A stretch of 64,000 nucleotides of DNA. Origin: Eledone cirrhosa (Eukaryota). How positions within the stretch are numbered: position 1 is the stretch's first letter; every line of letters starts with the position of its first letter. Under the pieces are notes generated by a model, which saw only the letters and a program-made list of their open reading frames with translations, was not told where the DNA came from and searched no databases. Shown one piece after another: positions 26,267 through 42,785 of the stretch. The DNA is taken from contig OZ024742.1 in assembly GCA_964016885.1 (NCBI GenBank), positions 99,262,001-99,326,000 on the forward strand, read 5' to 3'. The translations under genes and the position numbers were made by a program.

Positions 26267-26272
<6 letters not shown>
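25429..26272. mobile_element. Unclassified element with ~166-bp terminal direct repeats (period 678 bp)
   Basis: 25429-25594 is repeated at 26107-26272; flanked by (TA)-rich tracts. Confidence 0.8.
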
Positions 26273-26315
<43 letters not shown>

Positions 26316-27114
26316 ATATTAAAGATACTATTTATAGTTATGTATATACTAAACTATAAACAACTATAAACAGGGAAGGTGAGTAATTTATTACTACCTT
26401 ATTACCAGTAAGAGAAATAGCTCAATGTAAGAAAATCAGTTGTTATACAGAGCAGTAATATAGATTACACATGGATAAAATAACACCAAGTTACAATCCA
26501 TTACTATAACAAACATTCAATACAGATATAACTTAACATATGTAATGGATGTGAAATCTGTAACTTTCATATTCTACACACATACAAATTTGAACTATAC
26601 AGAAAACATCATCGCATTGCACCCATAATAATACACTAACATATTCGCTTATAGTGCTAGTATTTCATGTAATACCTTGCCATACAGTACTCATATATGC
26701 AGGATATATTTGCTTGTTCCATTCCTTTATATATGACTAACGCATGTACTATCTCATTAATTTAATTATTAGACTATTCTCTTGTAATATCTGTCGCATG
26801 TATTCCACCCTTTGCTTTTAATTTTAATTTTTTATTTTTTATTTTAATTTTAATCTTAATTTGAATTATTGTACAATTCTCGTCTAATATATGTCGCATC
26901 CATTCCTCCCTGTAAACATGAAACTGTTGTCCACAACATCAATATATATGTATCTGTATGATTGTTCAGTTGAACAGGAGGTTAACTATATGTACAAACA
27001 TTAATAATGCTCCGTGGACTCCAAGCTTAAGTTTGGAAGAAACAATTGTCAGCGATTAAATGTTTTAAACATAAGTTTGATACTTGTGTAATCTATATGT
27101 ACATATATATATAC

Positions 27115-27195
<81 letters not shown>

Positions 27196-27514
27196 TACCA
27201 CTGTTAGTCAACTAACTGAGAACGAAGGACAACCACGGACACGAACTCTCCTCTCTAAATATATATGTAAAACTAATAATTTGTCTTCCCCTTCTTAATA
27301 TTCGTATGAATATTCAACTTAACTGCATTGTGTACATATGCAGTTGAAAAACCATATAATGCTGAAACCATTGTTAAATGCGGAAATCCCCACTTTATAA
27401 ATAAATGTTTTGATATTATAATGAAAAAATCTCTTTATAAAAGCATGTTATACTGAAATTTCCTTTTCCTTTTTACTATTTGTTTATATATCAATTCGTG
27501 TGTTACTTTTCTAC

Positions 27515-27582
<68 letters not shown>

Positions 27583-27584
<2 letters not shown>

Positions 27585-27720
27585 TATTTCTGACGACAGC
27601 ATATATATGTGTAGGTATGTATATTCCCTCTGATAGTTTGTATAAATATTGTACATAGATCTATAGAATATGCATACCAACTCTAACACATATATATCCT
27701 AGAAACGATCGTAAAATGAT
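27583..27720 (+). ncRNA. Type I hammerhead with a ~105-nt extended stem II
   Basis: ATTATTT CTGACGA [long hairpin: ATATATATGTGT/ACACATATATAT and GGTATGTATATTC/GAATATGCATACC] GAAA CGATCG TA AAATGAT. Confidence 0.8.
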
Positions 27721-27906
27721 GAATTTTGTTAATATAAGGAACTGCTTCTTTGTTTATTCATTATTTTATTAATTTATCTTGACTCTGTTTTCCGTTTATT
27801 TTTCACTGAAAGTAGTTTTTGAATGCATCTTCTCTTTTCATGATATCCGGATTACATTGAGTTCTTCATACGGATTGGACACTACCGTAAACTTTTGGTA
27901 GATTTA

Positions 27907-27950
<44 letters not shown>

Positions 27951-27983
27951 GTAGAAAAGTAACACACGAATTGATATATATAA

Positions 27984-28195
27984 ATTCATATCAAACTTAT
28001 ATGCATACAAATATAGAAACACATATACACGCATACAAATGCACACAGACACACAGACACATGGACACACACAATTCGTTGTATATATATATATATATAT
28101 ATATACAACTAATTGTGTGCGTCCGTGTGTCTGTGTGCATTTGTATGCGTGTATATTTGTTTCTATATTTGTATGCATATAAGTTTGATATGAAT
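27984..28195. repeat. Fold-back palindrome centred on a (TA)n run
   Basis: Arms 27984-28081 and 28105-28195. Also 27483-27522 is inverted at 27941-27983. Confidence 0.9.
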
Positions 28196-29098
28196 CTATG
28201 ATTGTAAGTAGATAGGTCAAAACGAAAGTAGATATTCGTTTTCCTTCCAGTTTACAGTATCTTCACATAATTTTCTGCAACGCTGTAATTTTTGTTGATT
28301 TTTAATATGTATGTTTATATGTTACATGTTATATTTTATGGTGATCATTTAGCCCAACAGAGATTTTCTGGCAGCACATGCCGATATCACAGACTGAATA
28401 ATAGTATGCCATTTGAGAAGATTTATGATGTGGATGCTGGAATATCTGGGGTACCATTTCTAAATAGTGAAGTGCCGATATGACAGAACCTGCTATTACC
28501 CAGAAGATATATATTCATTGAAACAATCTATTGCCACCATTAGAATAACACGCCTGGTTCTGTTGCTGCTGCATTTGTTGTTCTTCTAGTTGCTACTGTT
28601 GATTCTGTTCTTGTTACTGTTTTGTTCTTTCTATTGCTATTTTTTGCTGTTTATATCTAATCAGATCTGGCTAACTGCATTGGTGTAACAAAAGCATTGT
28701 TTTACAAGTGATAAATAATTGCAACAAATATATAAAAAGAATAGATTCAAATTTATATATTTAGTATGAACGATAATAATGATTTCGAACTTTGGCACAA
28801 AGCCATATATGTTTTCGGTGTGACGTGGAAATGGGGTTCTTTCACACCTCTTCAGTGGCGGACCTAGAACTTCTTTAAAAACTCCCCTCTCCCGACATCG
28901 TTCAACCATCAGCAATCCATCTGTCTTCCGTTGCTGGGTGATTTATCACCTGACCAAAGCCGACCAATTGAAATCGGAGAATTCATAACAATATTCTCTG
29001 AACAGTCAGTAATGTTCGCTTCCATACCTCTTCGTACATTCAGAGAAATTCTGAGCAGAGGCCATATGAAGCATAGGCTTCGAACACATATATTTATG

Positions 29099-29152
<54 letters not shown>

Positions 29153-29168
29153 CATTTTATATATACAT

Positions 29169-30297
<1,129 letters not shown>

Positions 30298-30309
30298 ATA
30301 TATATATAT

Positions 30310-31126
30310 AACAAAGGAATTGTGGTAAGGAACCAGATGGAACATAACGTACCAGAGTACTCAATACTTAGGGTATTAGAGTGGGAAATAGGAAAAAGTA
30401 TGACCCCGACGGCAGAGCTCAAGCCGTTTCGACGACTATTCCTGGACTAAATTAGAATTTTTAGCCTGGTGAATAAATAGCCGAACTTTTCAAGGGGGTA
30501 CTACCTTATATGGGAAGATTGTAGTTGTCAAGAGGATTGGTTAAAATTTCTTGTAAAAACAAATAAGTCTAGCATGGCATTTGGTGGGGGTAGGGGTGGC
30601 TAAACTTGCGTGTAGAATAATAGGGAGTGACAGGAGCGGTCAATCGTTGACAGTGATATGTATACAGCAGATTCTGAGGATAGAGTATGAAGTGGAGGAG
30701 GGAGGTTATAGAATAGGTAAATCGAATGAGAGTAGGATACAATAAAAGATAATAGAAATAAATAAAAAATATATGAAATTAGATAGTGAGAAAGGAATAA
30801 AAAAAATCACAATGCTATCTTACAATTACAGGTTAATAAGTTGAGAATAGAACAAACTTGTAGAAATTGAGTAGTACCAAAACTGATACAGAATTAAAGG
30901 GGTTTAACACGTCTGCTATAAGTAGTTAGTAAAACGTATTCGGCCAATTCTATCTTAAGATTACAGGGTTCGGGCTTGATGCTACAGATGCCCGATGGGC
31001 TGCATCGAGGTAGGCGAAGGGGAAAAGCAGACGAGGAAGAAAATAGGGGTAGAAGGAAATGATAGGATGAGACAGGGGGAAGAAGAAGACAAAGAGGAAA
31101 AGAAAAGAAAAGAGACTGTAAGGTGA
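30310..31126 (-). mobile_element. PLE family C 3' region with degenerate HHR
   Basis: Terminal ~125 bp shared with 35767-35915, 46341-46665 and 52690-52800. HHR scaffold at 30403-30499: ACCCCC TTGAAAA ..CGGCTATT/AATAGTCG.. GAAA CGGC/GCCG TC GGGGT. Confidence 0.7.
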
Positions 31127-31309
31127 TTTAAAATCACCCTACAAACGTCCCTAACCCGAGTCAATTTCCTGGACGTTACCCTTAACCTCGAAAATGATCT
31201 GAACTACCCATACAGGAAATCAAACGACAACCTGCACTCCATCCTCCGCCGCTCTAACCATCCTAGAAACATCACCAATAACCTGGTTAAAAACGTCTCC
31301 TGCCGCATA
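31127..31309 (+). pseudogene. Naiad-type RT/thumb fragment
   Basis: FKITLQTSLTRVNFLDVTLNLENDLNYPYRKSNDNLHSILRRSNHPRNITNNLVKNVSCRI. Confidence 0.85.
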
Positions 31310-31875
31310 TTGTTTCACCTTAGCGGATCTTCCGCTCGTAATGGACATGGTTGTACGGAACAGGAAGGACACCCGTATGAACGCGCATGCGCAGAAACGG
31401 TCTCGTCACTCAGGCAATACTAAATTGCGTGTGAGAGGTGTAAGGGGGATAACTGCGAAAGTCCGAAAGTTTTTGTTGATAAGAAAATTAGGATGTTGTT
31501 GTAATTCAATCCGGAGCTTTGTAGTCATGTAACAGGTGTTTCCAGATGTGTGGAAAACATGTGAAGAAATCATATCTTGAGTTTAGGCAATAGCTATTGC
31601 GTAATCTCTTTAGAATATTTATTCATTCATCAATACACAGTCCACACGACGGATTTCCCCTTGCGTATGGCTTGGACTTAGTGATGGCTTTCCATTGAAT
31701 GAAGTAGTCTATACTTGATTCCTTGAGGAACCATACGTGGCTCACGAGTTTCGTGGATGAACGTCTGTCCGGGTACATAAAGGTCGACTGGTGGTTAAGG
31801 AAGCGTTCCCTAAATCGGCCCTCCGCCATACCCACATAGGATTTGACCTTCTGAGGTTGATTTTGTCGGTTGGAA
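31310..31875 (-). mobile_element. Naiad family B 3' fragment (GIY-YIG, UTR, degraded HHR)
   Basis: YVGMAEGRFRERFLNHQSTF...WKAITKSKPY...CGLCIDE; homologous to 54345-54905. Confidence 0.88.
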
Positions 31876-31910
31876 CCAACTAAGTCATGGGTATTCTAGT
31901 CCAAATATAT

Positions 31911-32095
31911 ATAATTGTTTCTACTTTTGGCACAAGGCCAGCAATTACCCAGTGCATTACTGGTACTTTATTTTATCGACCCCGTGTGGATGAAGGGCAA
32001 AGTTAACCTTGGCGGGATTTGAAATCAGATCATAAAGGGCTGTAACTCTTTGCTGCAAAGCATGGCGTCAGACCCTCTACTGATACTGCCAACCA
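31911..32095 (-). mobile_element. SINE family 1
   Basis: Head, core and tail as in the other copies. Confidence 0.88.
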
Positions 32096-33305
32096 CACGT
32101 GCATGTTTGTGTGTGTACGTAATTGTTTTCTATAAAGAGGAATAACACATCTCAATGACTGTGTAGATTTTGATTCTTAAGTGTACTTAGGCTCCCAGAC
32201 ATTGACCTGTGTGTCATTGTTACTGCTTTACAGCTATAATATATCAAGATGAGGGGAAGTTACCTGAAACATACGTTGAAAGAATTGAAAATAAAAACAA
32301 GATAAAAATATATAAACTAACATATGAATAATAGAAAGATATGATCAGTGGAAATATTTACGACGAATAAGAAGAGATATGATGTTTTAGTTTCAACATT
32401 TTATCAAAGAAGTGCAAAAATATTAAATAATAATGAATAAGAAAAAGAGTAGGAAAGAAGCGAATTTGAAGAACAGATATTATTTATAAGATCATATGAG
32501 AAATAAATATCCGAACGACCATTTCATGCCGGCTAAATTTTGTAACAATCTTTTGCTGTTGATGCCAGTCATTCACCCATCTCATTACATCAAGCTATTT
32601 CCATGTACACTCAAAATTTACACACTTTTATTGTCGTCAATAGATTTACTCTAACTTTGATCAACCCATTGTCTCTATAATTACACATTATAGAATCACT
32701 TTTATTAACAACTGTTTTATTAATTGCTGTTGTTCATGATGATCATCATCATGATTATGATGGTGTCGCTAATGAGATTATGATGATTCCCCGGCAATTT
32801 CAACGATAAAAATGCACTTGTTCGATCAAACGTCTAACTCGTGAATCAATTGGTTGAGTATGTAACAGGTGCAATATTTGACAAGACTGCTCATTGAATT
32901 ACGAAACCGTTTTTCACAATCACATCTTCACTAAACGTATATTGCTATACATTTATTCATGCAGGTCCCCCAGCATGTATGTAGGTATAGAAATAAAACT
33001 ACCATTTCACCCAGAGAAGGGAAGAGAGTGAGAGAGATGAAGTGAGTGAACGAAGAATCGAAACGAATTCAATATTGGTTTGGTTCATATTTCATTGACC
33101 TCGAAGCGATCGCCGGCAGAATTGAACTGAACGGGTTTTGAACGTAGACAGCCGAAACGTTTATCATAACCCAATGCATTCTATCGAACGTTTTAAATAC
33201 AGTGCCAATTATCTGACATAATGAATCAAAGATCACCGTGTCATTAGTGGTGTTGGTTTAGGGAGGTGTTTAACGAACAAATATATTTTGATGAATTACG
33301 TAAGT

Positions 33306-34310
<1,005 letters not shown>

Positions 34311-34915
34311 TGGTGGCTGCCAACTCGTTTTCGAGTACGGCCACTACTTTATATCCATGTAGGAGAACCCCTACCGATGCGCTAAACAAGTGTGACTTTT
34401 TAGTCCAGCCAGCGACTTGAAAACTCCGGTACAAACACTACACTTGTGACAATTATTGACACAGTGCTGGGCCCATGGTACCATGTGACGACAAGTGCAG
34501 AGAGATCTCCAGATATAAAGCAATGCCTGTGCCGTGAAGCTTTTATAGTGAGTAAAGGCACTGCACAAAGCCAGTCCCACTCTGTTAACCAAGATGATAT
34601 TTAGCAAAAAGAAGAACAAGTCAACATCATTGGATACCATCAGAGTTGCAGGTGTTATATCAGAGTTTTCCTTCTCCTAGAATTCTGCCTTGACAAAGGC
34701 TAAGGGGTCATCTCTCCCGGTGATTTTGGATGGCCATTGACTCTTAAGAGCTCCTTTGCCCTTTGACAGGTTTTGTTTTTAGTCCCGCAGGATGTCCAAA
34801 GTCACCCTCCTCACCAAGAAACCTTGGTGGGATTGCCAGTTTAGTCGCCAACGACCCGACCATGAGACAGGTTGTACTGGGATACATGTTACCAGTAGCA
34901 CCAACTGGTGACCTG
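34311..34915 (-). mobile_element. RTE-like LINE deletion derivative (5' UTR fused to 3' end)
   Basis: 5' UTR motif CTAGGAGAAGGAAAACTCTGA. C-terminal HKCSVCTGVFKSLAGLKSH zinc finger. 3' hairpin CTCGAAAACGAG. Homologue at 56232-56680. Confidence 0.65.
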
Positions 34916-34917
34916 AC

Positions 34918-34937
34918 ATATATATATGTGCATATAC

Positions 34938-35012
<75 letters not shown>

Positions 35013-35013
35013 C

Positions 35014-35107
<94 letters not shown>

Positions 35108-35196
35108 ATATATATATATATATACGTACATATATATATATATATATATACATATATATGTATATATATATTTATATATATGTATTATTTATACAT

Positions 35197-35264
<68 letters not shown>

Positions 35265-35289
35265 CTATCTATGTATATACATATATATA

Positions 35290-35349
<60 letters not shown>

Positions 35350-35555
35350 TAAATATGTATATATGTATTTATATGTATATATTTATATATATTTATATAT
35401 ATATATACATATATGTATATACATATATACATATATATATGTACATATACATATATATATATATATGTATGTATATATATATATATATATACGTATATAT
35501 ATATATATACATATATATGTATATATATATTTATATATATATATTATTTATACAT

Positions 35556-35620
<65 letters not shown>

Positions 35621-35650
35621 ATTTATACATATACATATATACATATATAC

Positions 35651-35710
<60 letters not shown>

Positions 35711-35766
35711 TACATATATATATTTATATATTTATATATATATATATACATACATATATATATATA
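34918..35766. repeat. Interrupted (TA)n field
   Basis: Read directly from the sequence. Confidence 0.95.
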
Positions 35767-35912
35767 TAGGAAAAAGTATGACCCCGGCGGCAGAGCTCAG
35801 GCCGTTTCGACGGCTCTTTCTTTTTTCCTATTTCCCACTCTACTACTCTAAGTATTGAGTACTCTTATGCGTTATGGTATGGTCCATCTGGTTCCTTACC
35901 ACATTTCCTTTG

Positions 35913-35915
<3 letters not shown>
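35767..35915. repeat. Short fold-back remnant of the family C terminus with the HHR 3' half
   Basis: 35767-35812 is in one orientation and 35822-35915 in the other. Confidence 0.8.
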
Positions 35916-35962
<47 letters not shown>

Positions 35963-36314
35963 TCCTACTGTGATTTTTATTGTAACAATTTCATACCACA
36001 GTAGAACAAATGAACAGAGCCCACATCGATCACATCAAAATCACTATAATAATAATAATTACCAAGATAAAAACAACGAAAACAACAACATCTGCATTTA
36101 TTATAATTTATAGCAATCTTGTCACTAAGAGCTCACTTTTTTTACTCCTTCAGTAGATGGTGTTGAAATAACTATAAATATTTTGTCTTTAATATTCATT
36201 ATTTTACAACAATGTTTTGTGGAACAGAGTGGGAACCGAGGAGAATGTTTTTATCAATTGTTGAACATTATAGTTATTTATTTAATAGCCTTTCCTACCG
36301 TTTTTGTATTGAAC

Positions 36315-36975
<661 letters not shown>

Positions 36976-37071
36976 AAAACTTAATGGCGAATAAAATATA
37001 TAAAAAGCACAATGTCCATATTGTGGTTTAGTCAGGTATTGAATTCCTATTTTCTTGTAGAAAATACACTA

Positions 37072-37150
37072 AATTGGCACCACACATATAAAGTACAATT
37101 GGCACCACACATATAAAGTACAATTGGCACCACACATATAAAGTACAATT
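37072..37150. repeat. 25-bp tandem repeat, three copies
   Basis: AATTGGCACCACACATATAAAGTAC x3, identical. Confidence 0.95.
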
Positions 37151-37374
37151 CTATTATAGAATATTTTTTTTACCGTTTTTATATATGTTGTGAGTAGATT
37201 TGTGGGTTTGGTGGCGGTTGATAATTTTCAACTGAATGCTTTTATTTTCTTCTCCTACCAGAATCCCATTAATTATAAATTATGGAAGCTTTTAGATAGT
37301 TCCCTTATTTTCTTCTGAGTTTATTGTACTTTTAAATCATCTCTTCAATATCATCATTTTCATTATTATTCGTA

Positions 37375-37378
37375 TTAA

Positions 37379-37450
<72 letters not shown>

Positions 37451-37500
37451 CATCATCATCGCCGTCGTCGTCATCATCGTCGTCGCCGACGTCGTCATTG
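37375..37500. repeat. Compound (ATT)/(ATC)/(GTC) microsatellite
   Basis: Read directly from the sequence. Confidence 0.95.
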
Positions 37501-39361
37501 CATTTATTATTGTTGCTATCCTCGGCATCATTGTTGTCATTTTGTAAAATGTGTTAATAAGTGCATTCAGTGTAATTTACTATAGATTTTTAACACTATA
37601 ATTTACTCGTAATGCTTTTTAAACTACTTTTTTTCTTGCGTGTATAGTCAATTAACAATTTTGTAAATTATTATTATTTTTTATTATCATTAATATTGTT
37701 AATATTATTATTGTTATTATCATTATGCGTGGGGAAACAAAAAAAAGTTCAATGCACTACCATACTCACCAAATATAATAGAAAAATATAGTAATATCAT
37801 TTTGTTTTTGTTGTATCGTTGTATCTATTGCTTTGTTTGAGTGTAAAACGTCTTCTTCCCCTTGTCATAACATAAAAACATTTCATTTAAGTCCTGCGCT
37901 GATTTATAGCATTATTTAGCTGGAGATTTATGACAAGGGTCTGACATGAGTGGAGATAAAACTTCTCAGCCTCTTCTGATATAGTATAGAACAACGAAGA
38001 GATAGTTTAGCAAGAAACTATAGTATTTGATGAACTGTATAGATTCTGACAGACACGTATAATAAATATTATTTTACTACTGTTGATTTGGTCATATTGG
38101 CTAACGTAGCATGTGTAGCTTGACTAGTTAATTTACTGGTCTACTAATTGCAATTTAGTTTGGATGAGGCGTGTGACATCGAGCACTCACAATTGTCTTC
38201 TGAAACGTAACTGCAGATAAATAAAGACCTCCAATAAATTACAGAATGAATATCATTCATTGCTGTAATCATAACTAAATGTTTAGTTTTAAATATGGGA
38301 GGAAACGTAGGTGTTGCAGGTCGATTGTTGTAGGAACAATAGATGGAAACACATAAACAATACCTTGTGAGATGAAATATATTGTCTGCTTATATATTTA
38401 TATCATGCGTGAGTATGTGTGTCTGTGTGGCCCACCACATGAGATGTGTGTCTGTGTGGACCACCACATGAGATGTGTGAGCATCTAAACCCGCAACTGC
38501 ACTCTGTATGTGACATTGGCACATAGACAATCTAAGTTGGCCACTTTCAATCAGTGTTCACAGAATCGGCTAGGTTGCAGCACTTTCTCTCCAACCCCCC
38601 CTACTTCTTCAAGAGGTACTTGAAAATATTCCAGGGCCTGGAAGGGTGGAAAAAAGACCTGATGTCAATTTACTCAATTTTGTTAAACACACTAAGCCAT
38701 AATAACCAAACAAATGCCTCGCGTTGCTATAAGTTTAGATATTTCAATGAGAAAGATTAACCAATTTGATTGACTGCGGCCTGGCATTTTAGCCCAGCAT
38801 TGCACACTGTGTGCCACTGGCGAGGGCAAAATAACCTCCGCAAAGAATCTTTTAAATGTATCTCCAGGAAAAAAAGATCATTATCAGCATAATAATCATT
38901 TCTACTTGAAAGCTGGTCAATTGGACAACGCAATACAGTCGAGTGAACTGCTCGGAATCAAAGAGTGAAAGGGACATGGAAATTAATACATTATTGTCCA
39001 CTACATTCGGCAATCTGGAGTACGTTTCTTTGTAGTTCTGTTTCGTGTAAAGAAGTCTTTATAAATTATATCCACAGTATCCTTCCAATAAGATACGTTC
39101 CGAACAGTCCAATGGTAAAAATGTCCAGAACGAATGGAGTTAAGAACATGTTGTATCTAACATTACATCCTTTCAAACTATATGAATCCTTTTCACTTAT
39201 TAGACCAGATATTGGACTTCCCTGTAAACCTAAAATGGTAAGCAAGTGATGGAAGAACCACGGAGTGTGCTGCTAATTATATTTTGACTCGCTGACAATC
39301 ACAGAGGATATACTAAAATCTTCTCCTCTACGACATTTAATAATCTCATTGTCGACCTTGG

Positions 39362-39403
<42 letters not shown>

Positions 39404-42400
39404 TGTGTGTGTGTGTGTTTGTGTGTGCGTGTGTGTTTGTGTGTGCGTGTGTAAAGAGAACTACACAGACGTACAGCAGATTGTTGAATATTGTGGACAA
39501 TCATCGTGTTCCCCGTTGGTTTGTTATCACCGATAACCACTACATTGTTTTCAATTACCACACACTTAGTTCTCAATGGCCGAATTTCTTGAATGCAAGC
39601 TAGTATATAAAATAGCACCATTCAGCTTATAAACAATATGTTAATTGTTTGCTTGTGGTGTTAAATTCAATTACAACCTTTTAAAATATCATTTACAGTA
39701 GACTGGTGCTCTTCCCATACGGAAATTTATTTTTTCCCACCTGACGACTGAACATATGTGAAGATCCACACCATTTGACCATGGAAGATCGGGTAATGGA
39801 CTTAGTATTTCAAAACTATTCGAAATGTTCAACCCACGCATTATTTATTATCTAGCATAACGTATGTCTTCCTATTCGTATTATCAAACCCTTTCCTCTA
39901 TCTTTGTTACCCAAATATATCCCCTTGCCCATAATCTGTACTTACATCATTTAATATTCAGCATTAATAAGGTAGAGTGGCGAATAAGACGCCATTGCAG
40001 TATTAGCTCTGGGTATTTACATTTTGATTTCCAATTCCACCGATATCAACTTTACCTTTCATCCTACCGGAGTCGAGAAAATAATGTACCAGTCAGGTTC
40101 TAGGGTTAATAAAATTTTGTCTTACTTAGAAATCAATATTCTGCATTTTTCTCGAGATGGAGAAACCTGAGGACAATATACAGGATTACCTTGATATTTT
40201 CTGTGCTCGAAGTTGATAGCATTATTAGCGTAAATGGAATAACAATAATTCAATAGACAAAACAACATTCTCTACATATTTAAATCTTTGAGACAAAGTT
40301 AGACATATATATTTTCTATGAACTGTAATCAAGCACAATCTTGCCAGATGAATATATTTTTAAGTAACTACCAGAACCCTAGCTGATCATTTCACAAATA
40401 ATCAATGCTCTATCAAATAAACAAGATTTTGTTTATTTTTTATATAATTGACATTTTTGAAAAATAAATTTGCTACATATTTTAATAAAAAGAGAGATGT
40501 CCATGGGTCAAATCCTTATAATCCAATGGGAAGTTCGTTGTTACATGCAAGGCCACTATTGTTGCAAAGAATATTTCATATAAATTATGTTGGTAATGCT
40601 TTTCTTTACACTTAGGCAAGCCATGATCGAATTGATCTACAACAAAAGGTGCACCAGCCACGACCTTGCGGTCATATGTTTAGTCTCAGGTTAACAAGCA
40701 TTATATAATCTATTTCACACTATGTTATAATATGAGGGAGGCTTGGCAATCACTTCTATCAGATCGAGTAAACTCGGAGAATATCCCACATTGGCTCGAT
40801 AGAAATGCTCTATTTTTCAGAACTATCATTTCATTTGATCATGCAAAAAATGTCTAAATCCGCTGAAGAAACAGAAAAGGTAGATGTTGCCTATTCTACT
40901 AGAATGAACGTTTCATTAGAATAAAATAAATGTGCAAGAAGAAGGAAGATTTGGAGGAGGTAAGGGGGAAGAGAAGAACGAGATTATAATGTAGTCTCTC
41001 CATACCTGGAACCATGAAAATAAACGTTATATTTCCGAAACACCTAAAGTGCAAATAACGACGTTTTCTTCCCTTTCCCTTTTATTCCTCATCTCCTTCC
41101 TTCCCCAATGTTCTCCCTATCCTTCTCTCGTCCTCTCCACCTTTCGCCTCTCCCTCTTCTTTCTCTCTTTCTCTCTTTCTAGTAGTCAAATAGTAATATG
41201 TGTAGTAATTACGAAACTGATACTTCCCACGGTACTTACTTAGAAATTAATAATTTATCAAAAAATAAGATGGCAATTGACATTTTTATGAACGCCATAA
41301 GTAAAAAACAACAATAATAAAGCTTGAAAAAAAAAACAAAAAAACATTTTCTCATAATTAATTATTTTTTCTATTGTATTCCAAATTTGCAGAAAACCTA
41401 GAATTAATCATTCTTTCGTCATTTCCTTACGGTTCTTTACACATATTTTCTATAGAAATAATGGTATTTATTACCTATTAGGAATTCCCAGTATGATATA
41501 TATATATATATATGAATGTTCCTGAATTATAATCTAATTTGATTCGATTTATTGTCATGATGTATACGATGTACAAAGTAAAGTTGTTACACAGTAGAGA
41601 TAGTTGTATTATCATGTGGCTGTTTAATCTCGTGGTGATTCAGCAAATCAATACAAATTTATGTTATGACATACAAAATTGCTATATGAGCATGTAAATT
41701 TGTATTCAGCATTCGATTACTTGGTAAGAGTTCTGCCCCTCTTCTTCTTGTTCTCCACATTGCTCTGCTTTGTTGTTATTGTTGTATTGTTATTGTTGTA
41801 TGGTTATTGTTGTGTTGTTATTGTTGTGCAGTTGCTGTTGTTCTTTCTGTTATTGTTATTGTTATTATTGTTTATGTGTTTTCTTTCCTTTATTACTGTT
41901 TTCGCTCTGGCGTGGTATGTCATTAATTCTGAGCTCATAGTTAACACGTCTGATAGTTTCTGTCCTAGTTTATCTAACTGAAGGACAGTTTCATCAATTT
42001 CCATACTATGCAATGTGATGCACATCTGGTTTTTGTTGTTAGCATTTCTATGTAATTGGCACACCAGAAATAATAGCGCAGAAAAACCGTTTCTGCTCAC
42101 ACTAAAATCTATAATTGTATTACGCCAAGAAGTATTATCTTTACTTTTTAACATGATTATTTTCCATATTATCTCGCCATTTTTCTTCTGTCTCCATTTT
42201 GTTTCACATTGATTCTTTTTTCTTTTATTTCGTTCTTTTTCTTTGCCATTCGTTTCTGTTTCTGTTTTATACTATAAAAGTGCCATTTTCTAGTCTCTCT
42301 TCCTTTTCAGTTATTTAACCTTCTTACATTAAAACATTTTATGTTTCCCTGGCTTCAAACTAATGTACAGAATCTATGTTTGTCGACACAAATCAGTGTT

Positions 42401-42747
42401 CACCTACACCACATATTTGCTTCTAAAATACTTGTCAAAATACAATGTTCATGACAAAAAATGGGGTACATTCCGTCAGAAAATTGGAAAGGCCAATCGC
42501 CTACCACATGAACTGTATTTAGCTCAATTATAGGAATTTCTCTTTCATGTTTTATGGCTTTCACCAAACCAGGGTATTTTCATTGTAAATCACCGGGAAG
42601 TCTTCACAATTCTCTCCGTCTTAGAATGTACATTGTTCTGTGATCATATCATACGTTTTTCTTCACAGCCCCCACTATATTTTTCTGTATATACATATTT
42701 CTATATAATTATTGACAGCATTACGCTTCCCAAAGTATATATATATG

Positions 42748-42785
<38 letters not shown>

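Noticed and set aside
37072-37150. CRISPR-like repeat
   Set aside because: Contiguous tandem units with no spacers, in eukaryotic context with no cas genes.
38150-39300. Possible host exon or old TE coding region
   Set aside because: No recognisable motif or sustained reading frame on either strand.
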